A stretch of DNA of 64,000 nucleotides from Paraspadella gotoi (GCA_051294375.1 CM119267.1:25559293-25623292), one strand, 5' to 3'; numbered from the stretch's first letter, positions 15,301 to 28,600 are shown. The notes: generated by a model not told the origin, from the letters alone. A program made the numbers and translations.

Positions 15301-16837
15301 TCATGGTCACGCTGGTTAAAGTGTGATGGTGTCGGCATAAACACGCCAGTGACATGGGGTGGTCACTGCAGGTCCAAAGCCCTGAGCGCCAGCTGTCGGG
15401 AGATGCCTCACACCCCAGGCATCACACATGTCCCTCCGTTGCCATAATGTCAACAATAAACATGAACAAAAAAGGAAAATAAAAAAGAAAAAGAGATCGG
15501 GAGATAAAGTTGAGCAACTCAATCACGGGACTTAGGGAAGCGAGCAGGTCCCCGTTCTCGCGCTGAAAGCAGACAGTATCTCAAAAAAGTGCTTAGACGT
15601 TTTGCCGATATTTAAGCCTGCATTCGTTGCTTTGAGTTTGGCGAAGTTTTTTAGGTTTGAGAAAGCAGCCAGGTCCCATGCCCCGAAGGTAGTAACAACC
15701 AAAGGGATGAAGTCAACGTCGGCCGGCAGTTTGCCTTCATACTTAGCATGTTTGGCCTTACGAGCTCGTTCCAGGGCATATGTGGGGTTGAGGATGGTAT
15801 GACCAAAACAGTCCTGGCGAAGGGGGGAGGTGACAGTACCATCATAAGCTGTGGTGGTCTTGTTTCGACATCTTTTCCAACCACGGATTGTGAAATCCCC
15901 AGGTCTGGAGGCATCATCCGCCAGGTTCCTTTCTTCTTTGGTGGGCGCAAGTAGGGCTGCTGAAGCAGTCGAGACAATGGCATCCCGAAGGAGGTTATGA
16001 CGGCGAATTTTGATTAGATATGGGGAACAACTGAGAAATAATTACGATAAGAATTTTTTTTCTCCGTCAGATTCTCAAGACAGATTTCATTTTTTTTTTT
16101 TTTTCAGATTCAATTCAGACGAAGGGTTCGGTGGGGAGCCACCTTCACGCGCCATGCCGAGCGTCAATCCAGAAATTCTCGTCGCGAATAACGAGGATGA
16201 CCTCAGCCTCGAAAAGCGGCGCTCTCTACCCGCCGCTGACTCATTCCACCGGCGCTCTTTCGATCGCTTCCCCGAACGGCGTTGTTTCGGCGTCGAGGAT
16301 TCGTCGCGATTCGATCCGCTGGATCCGTCGACCCTCGACGACGACGACAACGACGATGATCGTCGTCGACGCCACCATTCGGCGTTGGCGTCTTCCGTTC
16401 CCGCCGCTCTTCCTCTCCACACCGCTCCATCCCGCTCTCAAAATCTAGTCGATCCTCCTCTTCCTCCCCCTCCCCCGCAACACCTTATAGTGCAATCGTC
16501 TCGTCGTTCGACTTATCACCGTCACAATAGTCACAATAATATCAATCATCATCATCGTCGTCGTCGTCAGGACGAGGATCGTTTCTCTCGTCTCCGACCT
16601 GAGGCCGCCATCGACGGGAGCCCCTCTTCCTCCTCCCCCTTCGTCTCCTCCTCCTCGTCGTCGTCTCGTCGTCCTCCTCAGCTGATCAACGGTTACACGT
16701 CCACTTATCTATTGGACGAGAGCGCCGACGATGAAGGCGCAGGCGCGGCTTCGAATTGGCGGCGACCGGCAGGGTTCTCAGGGGGCGGCGGCAGCGGCGC
16801 TCCTGATTTCGCCTGGACGCGATCCATGGATTTGTGA
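3336..16837 (+). CDS. RSKR: Ribosomal protein S6 kinase-related protein (RSKR/SGK494-like AGC kinase) with long low-complexity C-terminal tail; 13 exons, ~1290 aa
   Basis: Exons 3336-3396, 4063-4132, 4282-4516, 6826-6909, 6995-7096, 7161-7497, 7573-7670, 11456-11575, 11774-11868, 11945-12826, 13567-13748, 13817-14693, 16108-16837. All joins are GT-AG, phases are consistent, total 3873 nt. Pre-kinase motif WPVPIYEALFLPEF and kinase motifs GAFGNVYKV, QCKDEVTIQ, YRDMKMEN, DFG, TICGTLQYMAPE and ADWWALG match RSKR/SGK494 as I recall it. N-terminus MGNVDS is myristoylation-like. The tail exons are less certain than the kinase exons. Confidence 0.88.
4520..4720 (+). repeat. (GTCC)n-containing head related to HINE family 2, immediately after an RSKR donor site
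   Basis: AAATCTTGTC...AGAACATCGAATT.TGATAAATT and (TCCG)n, as in the 26040-26150 and 40830-40920 copies. Confidence 0.6.
7761..11196 (+). mobile_element. Helentron-associated (HINE/DINE-1-like) element family 1, with nested insertions
   Basis: 5' GCAATCGC...GCGACGAT hairpin, (GTC)n microsatellite, pyrimidine-rich internal repeats, 3' subterminal GCGATTGCGACGAT, then CTTATGCTTTTAAG hairpin and T-run. Confidence 0.7.
8050..8596. mobile_element. Tc1/mariner-type MITE
   Basis: ~29-bp TIR CAGGGGTGGGACC(A/C)TATATCGAGACAAAA with TA TSD. The empty site TTTTAATTATATGTAGC is present in the sister host repeat at ~53226. Confidence 0.9.
11207..11398 (+). mobile_element. Diverged, internally deleted copy of the 15189 solo LTR
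   Basis: GAATCCTAAATTCGCCTCCCGTATA...GGCATCACACATGTC is shared with 15189-15446. Confidence 0.8.
15121..16011 (-). mobile_element. 5'-truncated copy of the same CRE-like element, interrupted by a solo LTR
   Basis: Close match to 60811-61460 (endonuclease end, 3' UTR, T-run), and similarity stops abruptly at GGCGAATTT. Confidence 0.88.
15189..15446 (+). mobile_element. Solo LTR (258 bp), TG...TA ends, 4-bp TSD ATGT
   Basis: TGTGACG...TTGCCATA is flanked by ATGT (15185-15188, 15447-15450). The uninterrupted site TCTTATGTCAAC is seen in the sister copy at ~60871. Contains a B-box-like GGGTTCAATCCC. Confidence 0.85.
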
Positions 16838-17616
16838 TACGAAATTTTGATTTTTTCCTTTGTTTTTCTTTTTTTTATTGGTCACTATTTTTTGGTTTTT
16901 TGTTGTTTTTTTTTTTTTTTTGTTAATTTAAGTTTTGAAAACAAAATTTGCTTGCCGGTTTGAAGTAAAAAAAAATGTTTGCGACGTAGTTTGGGAATTA
17001 AATCATCGAAGAATCTCAGCGCCTCTCTCTCTCTCTCTCTGTCTATATAAGCATCTCGTTAAATGTCTGGATGTCTAACCCTTCCTTTAAAAAAACAAAC
17101 AAAAATGTTCTCATTTTAATCTCACTTTATTTTCCTGGTTTCTTACATCGTACTGCGCTTGTTATCCCTCTTACAAAACCAATCGAAAAATAAAAACCAA
17201 ATTAACAAATTAATCTACTTCTGAGCTTAAAATCGACTGCTTCGGATTGAATCTTTTTACACTTTACATTCGGTTTTTTGCTATTTATTTATTTCTATGG
17301 GATTAGAATTTAGAAGAAAACAAGTCGATTATTATCGAGCAATGATTAGTCAAATGTTTACAGTGATTGAATAATGTATATTTATTTGGAATTTAATAAA
17401 TAAATAAATTTGTTTGAATGAATGTTGATCGCCAATTAGTTTGATTCCTCGTTACTAATTTAACATTCCACCAAAACAGAAAAGTATTATGTCGCTAGAA
17501 TCCGCGACGATGTTTCTTGAGTGACTTGAGAAAAGGCAGCGATAAAAACTGAAATAAAGAAGCAGCGAAATAAAACACACTAAAAAAGGGGCGAGCTCAA
17601 CCTCAGCACAAAAACT

Positions 17617-17625
17617 CGCCATTTT
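17617..17625 (+). promoter_or_regulatory. YY1-like CGCCATTTT motif just upstream of the ARPC1 start codon
   Basis: CGCCATTTT lies 12 nt before ATG 17638. This motif is common just downstream of animal TSSs, but it is short and could be chance. Confidence 0.3.
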
Positions 17626-17637
17626 GGAAAGAAAAAA

Positions 17638-19307
17638 ATGACAGAATCGTTCAGTTTCGGCGTGGAGCCCATCACCTGCCACGCGTGGAGTCCAGACGGG
17701 CGTCAGCTGGCCATTTCCCAGAACTCCAAGCGAATACAAATCCTCGATCGCGCGGGAAAAGGGTGGACGGTGGCCCACTCCTTGACCGAGCACACTGACC
17801 GAGTGGCCAGTTTAGATTGGGGCAGCAAGACCAACAGAATTCTTTCGGCAGGAGCGGATAGGAACGCTTTCGTGTGGACCTGCGTGGATGGTAAACGTTT
17901 TAAATAGTTGTATAATGTAGTGCATGATATCTACCGTTTATTATGGTATTGTCAACTTTTATTAACTGTATTCATTACACAACTTACACTCTTGTCAAGG
18001 CGAGTGGCGTCCAATGCTTGTCGTCCTCCGGTTAGGGCGTGCCGCCACCTGCGTCAAATGGTCACCGCTGGAGAACAAATTTGCCGTTGGTTCGGGTCAG
18101 TTGCGTAATTCTGGGTCAGATTTGGCTCAAGACCGCCAGCCTAATTTTCTCTTCATTCTCAGGAGCCAAACTGGTCGCCGTCTGCTACTACGATCAAGAT
18201 CAAGACTTTTGGGTGGCGAAACACATTAAGAAGAACATTCGGTCCACCATCACTTCGCTCGACTGGCATCCCAATAACATCCTCGTCGCCGCCGGCTGCA
18301 CGGACTTCAGAGCCAGGATATTCTCTGGGTGAGATGGATTAAAGTCGGAGTATCAAATGGTCTTTAAAAGAGTTGGCTCCGTTTTTAGAGAAAAAAGATC
18401 GTTTTTGAATCCTCAAGTAGTCTCTACCCCTTTTCCCATTTACGTACACTTTTAGATTTACGCATGTTTCTCATTCTCAGTTACGTAAAGGAGATAGAGG
18501 ATAAGCCTGAACCGACTCCCTGGGGATCTCGAATGCCTTTTGGTCAGGAGATGGATTCGTTCTCCAACGGCGGCGGCGGGTGGGTCCACGCCGTCGCCTT
18601 CTCTCCCTCGGGCGATAAACTCGCTTGGGTTGGTCACGACTCATCCGTCTCAGTCGTGGACGCCGCCAACGGGAGCAAGATGACCACGGGTCAGGTTTAA
18701 TTTATATGAATTGGAATATTTAATTTTTATTGTGACGATGGGACGTTTTCTTTCTTTCTGCAGTCAAGACTCGCCAGCTGCCTTTTCTCCGCTGCCTTTG
18801 GATAACCGAAGCTTCCCTCGTCGCCGCCGGTCACGACAACTGCCCCATCGTGTTTCGCCACGACGCCGCCGCCGGTGAGGTCGCCTTCGTCGAACGCCTT
18901 GACATTCCCAAAACGACCGGCGCCACAAAGACCGACGCCATGAAGATGTTCCAGAACATGGACAAGAGAGGAGGAGGGGTCTGCGATGAGGTGAGATGTT
19001 TGAAAATATTTTTACTACTTATCGTAAGTCGAATGTCGCAGATAGAAAGACCGACACTCAAATGTGTTATGGAGTTGCTTCGCGAGTACTCGCGGCGCAA
19101 ATAAATACATGATTTTTTCTCCGCTCTCAGTTCGCTTCGAAGTTGTCGACCATCCATCAGAACACGGTAACGGGTCTCGGCCTCGTCGCCGGCGCCGGCG
19201 CCACGACCGCCGCCGCCCGCGTCTCCACGACGGGCAAAGACGGGCAACTCGTCGTCTGGAACCTCAAATCACTGGAGGCGTCGATCGCTCAACTCAGCAT
19301 CGCCTGA
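17638..19307 (+). CDS. ARPC1A: Actin-related protein 2/3 complex subunit 1 (ARPC1/p41-Arc), WD40 repeats; 6 exons
   Basis: Exons 17638-17890, 18000-18095, 18163-18328, 18481-18689, 18764-18990, 19131-19307. Motifs [75 protein letters not shown] and C-terminal [12 protein letters not shown] paralog naming does not apply in invertebrates. Confidence 0.95.
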
Positions 19308-21306
19308 AACGGAGGCAAAGACAGAGGCATTGGGGTTGATCGCGAGGATCAATTGATCAGGGTGCTGGTTATTGGTCGGGATTTTTAAACCAAGATAATT
19401 GCTTATTTGTTTATTTTAAGTACAATTCCGTCGTTTAAGTTTTGTGTCGGTAATGATTTTTTGTTAAATTTTATTCCTTATAAATCACCAGATGCCTATC
19501 GGTACGATTCGTCCAATTTTTTTCACCCATTTTGGATTCGTGGCGGATTTTTTTATGACGTATTTTTTACTAATAGGCCAATCGTCATTTATTTCCCTAC
19601 CTGTAGCCTAATTTATATTAATTTTTGAATAATGTTTTTAAGGTGCCCCACCTTGTTCCTTAGCATCTTTTTACCTCGTTTCAACACCGTACTCCCTTTC
19701 CTCCACAACGTGCTCGTTTTTTATTCCGTATATTTCTCGGAAATGCTGATCCCGCTGGTCCCTTCTTCCCCTCAATCTAAAGGGTGATTGGGTGATAATC
19801 TAATCTTAGGCCTCCGCATATTTTCATTTATTTTTTTCCTTTTTTTTTCGATCAATATCGATGGTGACCGTCGCCGCAGTGATATTCCTTCCAATAAAAG
19901 CCGTTTGTAATTAATTTTATTTTTCCAAATATAATTTTTTTTAACATTCTTAACATTATAAATAACTTCACGATTCCACGATTTTTTTTCTAATCGATTC
20001 CACTTAACTTCCTTGACACTCCACACTTTTCTATTTCCGATTTGTTGTCTACAAAAAACAATATAATACGGCTCAGGCTGTTTTCGTAAAACAACAGCAA
20101 AGTAAATTTCGTTGTGTTGAAACTAGTCCCAAATTTTTTTCCGTTCGTTGCGACGATAAATTAGAAAAATTAACGACTCTTTCGTTGAATTATTGTTGAT
20201 TTTACATTTAACCTTTTTTTGGTTTCGCCAATCGCAAATATTCCATTTGAAATAAAAAAGGAACCGTAAATAGAAACCTCGTCCTTATTTCTTTTTGTCG
20301 CAAAAGCGATGTTTTGCGACATTAAAATACTTACGATTAAATGGAAATTAGGTTAATTAAACGAAAACGCGTATTTTGAATCATTTTTTCCGTCGAATTA
20401 CAGATGCGAGAAAGAAAGAGAATGGTGGACTTATGAGTCAGACTGTTCGCTCTCCATGACGCTGCAAACTTTCCTAATGAAATGGAATTTTCTAGCATAA
20501 TTCGTGGTAATCTGCACTTGTCCATTTTAATAAAATTTTTATGAGGGAGTGTTCAGTACTAATCAGTGATGACTGATTATTAGAGTGGAGCACTGGGGAA
20601 CATATATTTTATTTGAGTGAATAAACAAGGATATTTAGACGTGAGATAGTATGATTAAAGAGTATAAAAAATATTTTGCTTATATTGTTTGGGGAATAGT
20701 ATCATTAATTACAATATATTTATAGTAATATCCTTATCAAACTTTAAATTTTTTAAATCTTTTTTTTATATTTTTATTAAAGATTCTGATTCTTCGTAAA
20801 AAGTTTGATCAAAAATATAAAATATGTTATTAAAAATGTTATTAAAAATAGAAAAAAAGGGTAAATTCTCTACTTTTTACGCTTTGTAGTAAAAACTATT
20901 ATATGATGAAACGTTTTGGTCATTTTTCTCAGCTTTATTCTAAAAATATCATGTAACATATTTTACAAAAGATTTTCAGTTTTTTCCGGCGAATCCGAAA
21001 CTTCTGAAAATTAAAAAAAATATGATTTTATAAGGATATTACTATAAAGAAAATTGAATAAATGATACTGTTATGCAATTTTTTTAAAACGGTTTAATTA
21101 TTTTTTATTACATATACAAAGGCAGCAAAAAATATAGTTCCATCGTTCAATCTTTTCATCACTTCTCCCTACTGATTATGTCATCTTGATTATTGTTGGT
21201 TGTAACAAACTTCGATCAAATCGCTCAAACTTCTTCATGGCTAATCTTGAAACCAATGACACCATCTACTAGACGTTTAACCAAATCTGAACATTGCTTT
21301 CCTTAG

Positions 21307-22563
21307 GGTAGTGCGGGATAATTCGGAACACTTTTGGAAGTAATCAAATTTTTCACATAGTAAATTTATTTTTAAAAAAAAATTTTCTGGTGATATATCT
21401 AGGAAAGTGTCCCCGCTACAGGATGATGTATTCATTTTTCTCGTGCGGCCCCTAGGGGTCGCATTTTTTAAAAAAATAGAAAAGTGTTTCGTTTTACCCC
21501 ACCCTGGGGTAAAACGGAACACTTAATAAATTATGTATAATTTTTTATAATATTACAAAAAATAATAACTAAAACACTATTATTAAGAGCATAGAGCCTT
21601 TCATTAATGTTTTATTTATAAAAAATTGAAAATCTTATATTTTTAGCTGCTTAAAATGATTTTTAATACCATGTTCTCAGTTTTGCAAAATTATTGAATG
21701 ACCATAGATAACAAATTGAAATATATTTTTTATTTATATTATTTTTGACTGAGTTTTTTATTTCCTTCCATTCCTGCATTTTGTCCCCAACTTCCTTTTC
21801 AATTAATATTGGTTTTTTTCCCTTTTTTATTTCCAATGTTATTTTTTCTTATTCTTTTTATTTATCATTTATATTATCTTTAGAAATTTAGCTTATTTTT
21901 TATTTTCTTTTCAAAATATTTTTATTCATATTATTTTTATATTAATTTCATCTTAATTTTTTCTTTTGCTAATTTTTTAACCATATTTAGGCGTTAAATT
22001 CCATTCCAAACTTTTGTAACTTTTTTATTGCTAAAAATAGATTTTTTTACTGTATTATTAATAGTATAATATTTTTTTCCATCTAATTATATAACAAATG
22101 TTGCAAACTCTTATTATTACTGAGTAAATTATCACTAACAATTTATAAAAAGCATATTAGGTAACACAGAATACTTACTTTAGAGGTGTTCCATTTTACC
22201 TCAATTTAATTGTAGCTATGTAAAAAATAATTGAATTATTTTTTCGAAATAATCTATACAATAACTAAAAAATAGTCTCGTCTATCAGATATTAATATTC
22301 CATAGTCATATTATGTCAAATATGACTGTGACAGAAGCTTGAAAACGACTACTCAAAGACGAAATTTGACAAGCAGCTTTGAAATTGTTGCTGCAGCTGC
22401 TGTAGCAGCAGCCAAATGCTGTAACTGCTGTAATGGAAAGTCAAATTGGTTAAATATTAAATGAACCAAGAAAAATTATAAAATATCTATACACAATTTT
22501 TTTTATTTCATTTTATATGTCAGTGTTCCGAATTACCCCTGTTCCGAATTACCCCGCACTACC
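21307..22563. mobile_element. Non-autonomous TIR DNA transposon (TTAA-type target, Kolobok-like termini)
   Basis: TIR GGTAGTGCGGG(A/G)TAATTCGGAACA at both ends; flanks TTAG/TTAA. Superfamily assignment is tentative. Confidence 0.75.
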
Positions 22564-22641
22564 TTAATTAAAAGGTTAACTACAACAGCAACAACCAAAA
22601 AAATGCCGAGAGTCGAATTCTAGAGATATAAGGGAATCGCG

Positions 22642-25600
22642 ATGAGTCGCTCTTCAAAATCTTTTTCTTCTGTTGACGAAACCGTCGCTTCGTCGAGATC
22701 GTCTCTCCGCCCGACGATGACAACGACAAGGACGACTTCATGGCGGCGTCCGACGACGACGACGACGTCGACGACGGTGTTGCGCGTCAAACAAGACAAC
22801 GACCGACTCCTCGCGCAGAACAAAAAGTTGCTCGTCGAATTGGAGAAAACTTCGCGTTGGTTGGCCGAAGCGCCGGACGCGAGAAAGAGTCCCGTAGCGC
22901 TCGCCAGGTTCTTCTGCTCATCTTTAGATTCTTTTACACTTCATCCCTCTTATTTTTGTGTCTAATCAAGATGAAGGCTTCTCTACCATCAAGGCCTTCT
23001 TCTCTTTCCCCTCTCTTTGTCAGGAACAAACTCTTGTGGAATCTCTTCCCCTTTCTAACATCCCCGAATCGCGGATCAGGTTTTGGAGCTCCCACAACAT
23101 AACGGCGAAACTTCCCTCTCATCTCCCTCCTTTTCTTTCCCCACGTCTCCTTAACGGAGATTGCTTTTTCATAACCATTATAAACACTCGCCCTACTTAC
23201 CTATTTTCCCCGCCGAGATCGTATATACAGAGCTAATTTCCGTTCAAATTTTATACCTATTAGTTATTGGCTTCATCTCTTTCTACCTCCACCCTCTCAG
23301 GATACCCGATGCCTCTTCCTCCGAGGCCCCGCTGGTGGCGTTGCGCTCCGAGTTGGAGGAAGCGGGGGCGGAGTTGGAGGACGAGCGGCGAGTCCGCGCG
23401 ATGGCGGAGAAGCAGCGCGACGAGGCATTGAAGAGCGTGGAGGATTTGAAGGAGAGTCTCGTCGAGGCCAGGAATAAGTGGAAGGTCTCTAGAGTGGTTA
23501 ATACTTGTTCTATTGTATTTGAACGACAATGGGGGAATCAAAATGACCTGATCCCTTAACAATGCTCTGACCATTGAATTTATATTCGATAAAAAACTCC
23601 CGGGTTCACTCCCGGTGTGTCTACCATACGGTTTAACAACGCCAACAACTCATAAGCTATATAAACTGCTGAATTATCGTTAAAAATATTGACTTCACTT
23701 CGCTGTATAATCTTATAATGTAATACTGGATACTGTAATATAATTTTGCAACTTTTATCGTTATAATATAACGATAAAAGTTGCAAAATTATATGCCGTT
23801 ATAACTTAGGAATATCTCCTTTATAATGTTTTAATTATTAAAAGGATCGCGTGCGACGCCTTCAATCTGAATCCGAACAAAAGGCCGTCGCCCTTGATCA
23901 CGTCGAAGCGGAGGCGGCGCGTTTGAGCGCCGACCTCGACGCCGCGCGAGTCGAGGCGGCGTCGTCCGACGAGAGGTGGCGTCGAGATTGGGAGGTCGAG
24001 TCGCGCCGGTCGGAAGAATCGGCGGCCAATTTGGCGGCCACGTTGAGGGATTTGGAGACGACGCGAGCGGAAGTTGAAGCCTTGAAGGACGAGTTGGCCC
24101 ACGCGGAGACTTTGAATGGGTCCTCAAAGAGGAAAGGCTTGAGCGGGTCATCAAGCGGTGCATTAAGGGGCGACGTAGACAGCGGATTGGGTGAGAGAAA
24201 GTCTATCAAATTATCACTACCTTTTCTCTTTTTGTGAAATGGAATTTCACTGTTCAGGTTCCTTCTCCTCTGAATTTCGATTGAGAATTGCGAGGAAAGA
24301 AGCTGAATGGAGTCGAAAGCCGAAGATCCAGGGTAAGTTCGGTCGTCGCGATCACTTTTAATTTACGATTTACTCTTTGCAAGAAGTAATAGATTGAACT
24401 GTCAATTAAATAATTTGGATGAGGACGCCATGTATACTGTATAATGTATATTGTAGTCTAATAGAAAAAACACCTTTCGAATCATAATAGGAAAAAGAAA
24501 ATTCATTCTTATTAAAGTTAAAATTGTTTTGTCATTCGGATTTTGAAAAAGTAATATGAATTTTGTGTATCAATTCTCTTCGAAATAAAAAAATTATTAG
24601 GTTTAAGAGATAACTCTTGATCCCTGGTAACAGGTTGAGTTTAAATGTTTCTTTATTTAATCGCCAACATTAACCCACCTCAATTGAAATAATGATGGTA
24701 TAAAATTTTTTCACCATTTTAAGCAAATTCTCACTGACATAATTCATATTTCCATTGGCTTTGCGATCTTGCTGATGATCAACAGTGATGGTAAAGAAAG
24801 CCTATGGTCCCTCGAACATAAGATAAGATGAGATGAGATAAGATGAGATTAAGTAATAAGCGAGAAGGTATCGTGAATAAGTTTTTCTACGAGACTGTAC
24901 ATCGCGTCATAAGATTGACTGGTAATTAGTGACTTGAACATTGATTGGACCAGCCTTATTTCAATTTTCCTTTTTTTCAACTGGTGTAAACTGTAAAGTG
25001 AAGACTGTGGCGGTATATTCACACCGCCTCACGTCCGCCATCCTTCCAGCCAAATCCATTGGCTCAGAGGGGGAACACACCATCCCAGGCGTAGTGTTCC
25101 ATCCACAGTCCTAACGACTTCCCTCTGCGTTGGCAAAGCGAGACTGTCCTAGGGTAACCGCGCCAGTGACTGGAGGCGTCACTGAGGGTCGGAAGCCCCC
25201 AAAAGCCAACAGTGAGATGCCCCATCCCAATGGGCATCACAGGCAACCCGGCTGTTGCCATAAGTGGTGAGCCCTACTATCGAACACGCAACCTTCTCAG
25301 GGTACGCTACGACAAACGCCTATGCCCTGCCGACTTCGGGTACGCTACGACAAACGCCTATACCCCTGGGTACGCTACGACAAACGCCTATGCCCCCACA
25401 CAACTCGCGCTCTCTCTCTCTCTCCACTATGGTAACAGTCTTGTCAGACACCTCTCAGGCTTGAGGAACCTGAAGTGATGTCTTGGCCGCGGGGATCCTG
25501 TGGCGGTATATCACACCGCCTCACGTCCGCCATCCTTCAGCCAAATCCATTGGCTCAGAGGGGGAACACACCATCCCAGGCGTAGTGTTCCATCCACAGT

Positions 25601-28600
25601 CCTAACGACTTCCCTCTGCGTTGGCCAAAGCGAGACCGTCCTAGGGTAACCGCGCCAGTGACTGGAGGCGTCACTGAGGGTCGGAAAGCCCCCAAAAGCC
25701 AACAGTGAGATGCCCATCCCAATGGGCATCACAGGCAACCCGGCTGTTGCCATAAGACTATTTTTTTCTTTTTCAGACGACGAAGATTCGTCTTCTGTCA
25801 ACGAAGACGACTTCCGGTCAGAGATACGACGCCTCGTGGACGAATCCAAACGCGGCCAGGCGAGACTGCGGGAGATCGAGACCCTCGCGGCCGAGTCGAA
25901 ACGCGGCCAGACGCGCCTCCGAGAAATGGAAGCGCTCGTTCAATCCATGCAGGACGAAAGGTGAGTGTCCGGTTTAGAAACTGCAGAGAGGAAAGTTTTT
26001 TATAATTCACTTTGTCGGTTCGTCGGTCCCACCCCTAAATCTTGTCGGTAAATCATTTTTATCATATCAGAACATCATATTATGCTAAATTAAGCACAAA
26101 AAAAGATGTCCGTTTGTCTTTCTGTCCGTCCGTCCGTCTGTCCGTCCCCCTTAGCAAAAAAACTCCAATTACTCGTGATTGGATGGTTGGATTGGAATGA
26201 AATTTTGTGTGTGGGTAGTAGACCTCCCAGAAATATCACACATTTTTGAAAGTGTTGATTCTTGCCCAAAGTTCTCATTCCAAATTGCTGTGAGAAAACG
26301 AATATCAACCTAAAATTTTTTCGTAATGCCTCTTTATGGGATTTCCTTCGCCACTTTTGGCTGCCGAACTTACTTCCGGTGAAAAAAGACAACAGGTTTG
26401 AAGAACCAAGCAGTTATCGGCGTAGCGATGCTTAGTAAATTTAATTCAAATTATATTTTCTTATAACGCTAATACTTAATTTTTTGTTTTGGTTCACAAT
26501 GATTTAAAACCGAGTTAACAATTAAAAGACTTATATTATTAAAATTGCCATCATTTTTTTTACATAATCGGTTTTGACAAGATTGTCAACTAATTTTTAA
26601 GAAAATTTTTGTATACAATTGAACTTTATGGGCGATTATTCAACCCCATGAGGCGACTATAATTCCCAAAGGGTCCAAAATCAATAGCCAAAAAAAATAT
26701 ATTTTTTTAAAATTATGTATTTTTTTTCTTCTAAACCAGTTTTTTAAATGCTGGGTGGTGAATTTCTTTGAAATCAATATTTTGAAAATAACGAGAAAAT
26801 GTGGTTTTTTTATTTTTTGAATTATGATTAAGGCTTGATTTAAGAAACGGCTTTTTCATTCATTGATTGCTTAAAAAAATTTTATTTCCAAAAAATTAAT
26901 GAACTATGATTTATAAACAATGAGTTAGTTATTAAATAAAAAGCGACAGTTTTGACTTTTAATCCAAGCCTTCTTCAGCGACCTAAAAGATGTCCGTTTT
27001 TAATACATTAAAATTTCAAAATTCAAAACCAAAATAGAGAGAAAATATATTTTTTATTGGTGTTAAAAACCAATGGTTGTGAGATAATTTTGTCTCACGC
27101 TCGCGAGGCAAACATTTCGAACGTTGCCCGTTCCGAATAGAAAAGAGTCGTTTCTCATTTTCTGTGAAACTTATTAGTCCAAAATTCACCGGAGACCCAT
27201 GCTTAAGACAGTCGCGAACGGCAACGTTCGAATGTTTTCCTTCGCGAGCCGTTGAGACCAAAATATCTCACAGTAAAACGGACGTTTTTTGAAGCGGTAC
27301 AACGTATTTAGCTCTGAGGAGAAAACGTAGAAAAAAAAATACGACAACCGGACATGGGATTCGGCTCTGATTAAGACGCGGAATTTGCTCATGAAATAAA
27401 ACAAATTTCACAAAGCAAATTCGCGCTAAAGAAGCTCTCATCAGAGCGGAAACATGTCCATATTTTTTGCTTCACTGTTACATTTGTTTAAACAAGAAAA
27501 ACTTGCTTATCTAAACTTTACCAACTACAACAAAACGAAGAAATTACAATATAAAATCTCATTTTCAATATATAACCGCTTGACTTCCCTCGTTATTTTG
27601 TGTTAAGTTAGTGATATCGGGTGTAGCGTTATTGTAGATTCCCAAACCTCAAAGTGGGATTCCACATGGCCTCTTGTAACCTTCACATTTGAATATGGTC
27701 TTTAAAATTCGCTGTTTTTAATGCCCTTTTAATGGAGACGATCAATTTGATTTGCCAACAATTTTATTATTATGAACGAACATGTTTTCAGCTCCACAAT
27801 TTTGAGCCTTTCAATCAGCGTCAAAGTTCTTTGTGAACTTACAAATTTTTTACAAAACTTCTGGAAAACTTTACCCCCTCTCTATCTCTCTTTCCCCCTC
27901 CCTCTTCTGTCTTTTGTGCCCCAATTCATAAAATTAGTAAAAATCCATATTTATTTAACTTATTTTTACTTCTTTAAAGCATTATTTTGAATCTTTGTAC
28001 TTTTCATTCATTTTTATTCAAAGTAGTTGAAATATTGGGCTATAATTGTTCTTATTATTGTTTATTAGCGAGGATAATGGCGCCACCCTCGAGGTATTAT
28101 AGATCAATTTACTAATAAAATAAATATTAAAAAACATATATGAATATAAACATAACAGTAGATTATTGTTAACTTAAATTCAAAAGATTAGTATTAGAAA
28201 AATCTTTCAAAAATGCAATTATTTCCTTTTTTTTTAAGTTTTGAAATATAATGTAAGTATTTAATAATTTTAGTAATATACATTGTATACATATAATAAT
28301 AAAAAATTAAAAATATTTAGACTATGTATAATTAACCAGAAAATAAGCTTAAAAAATAACTAATTTTTAGTCTAGAAACATTTTATTTTCAAAAAAAACA
28401 ACAGCCTATTTTTGAACCGGAAGTGGTACGCCACATAAAGTGGCGTGGAAAGTCCATAAATCACAACCTGAGGAAATTTTTCATTGTGATATTCGTTTTT
28501 TTTCACTAAAATTGGAATAAGAAACTTTGCGCGAGAAACCAACAACTTTTCTAAAGTAGGTATTTTTGGAGCCCTATGTGGGTAGGAAAGTGTGTTATTG

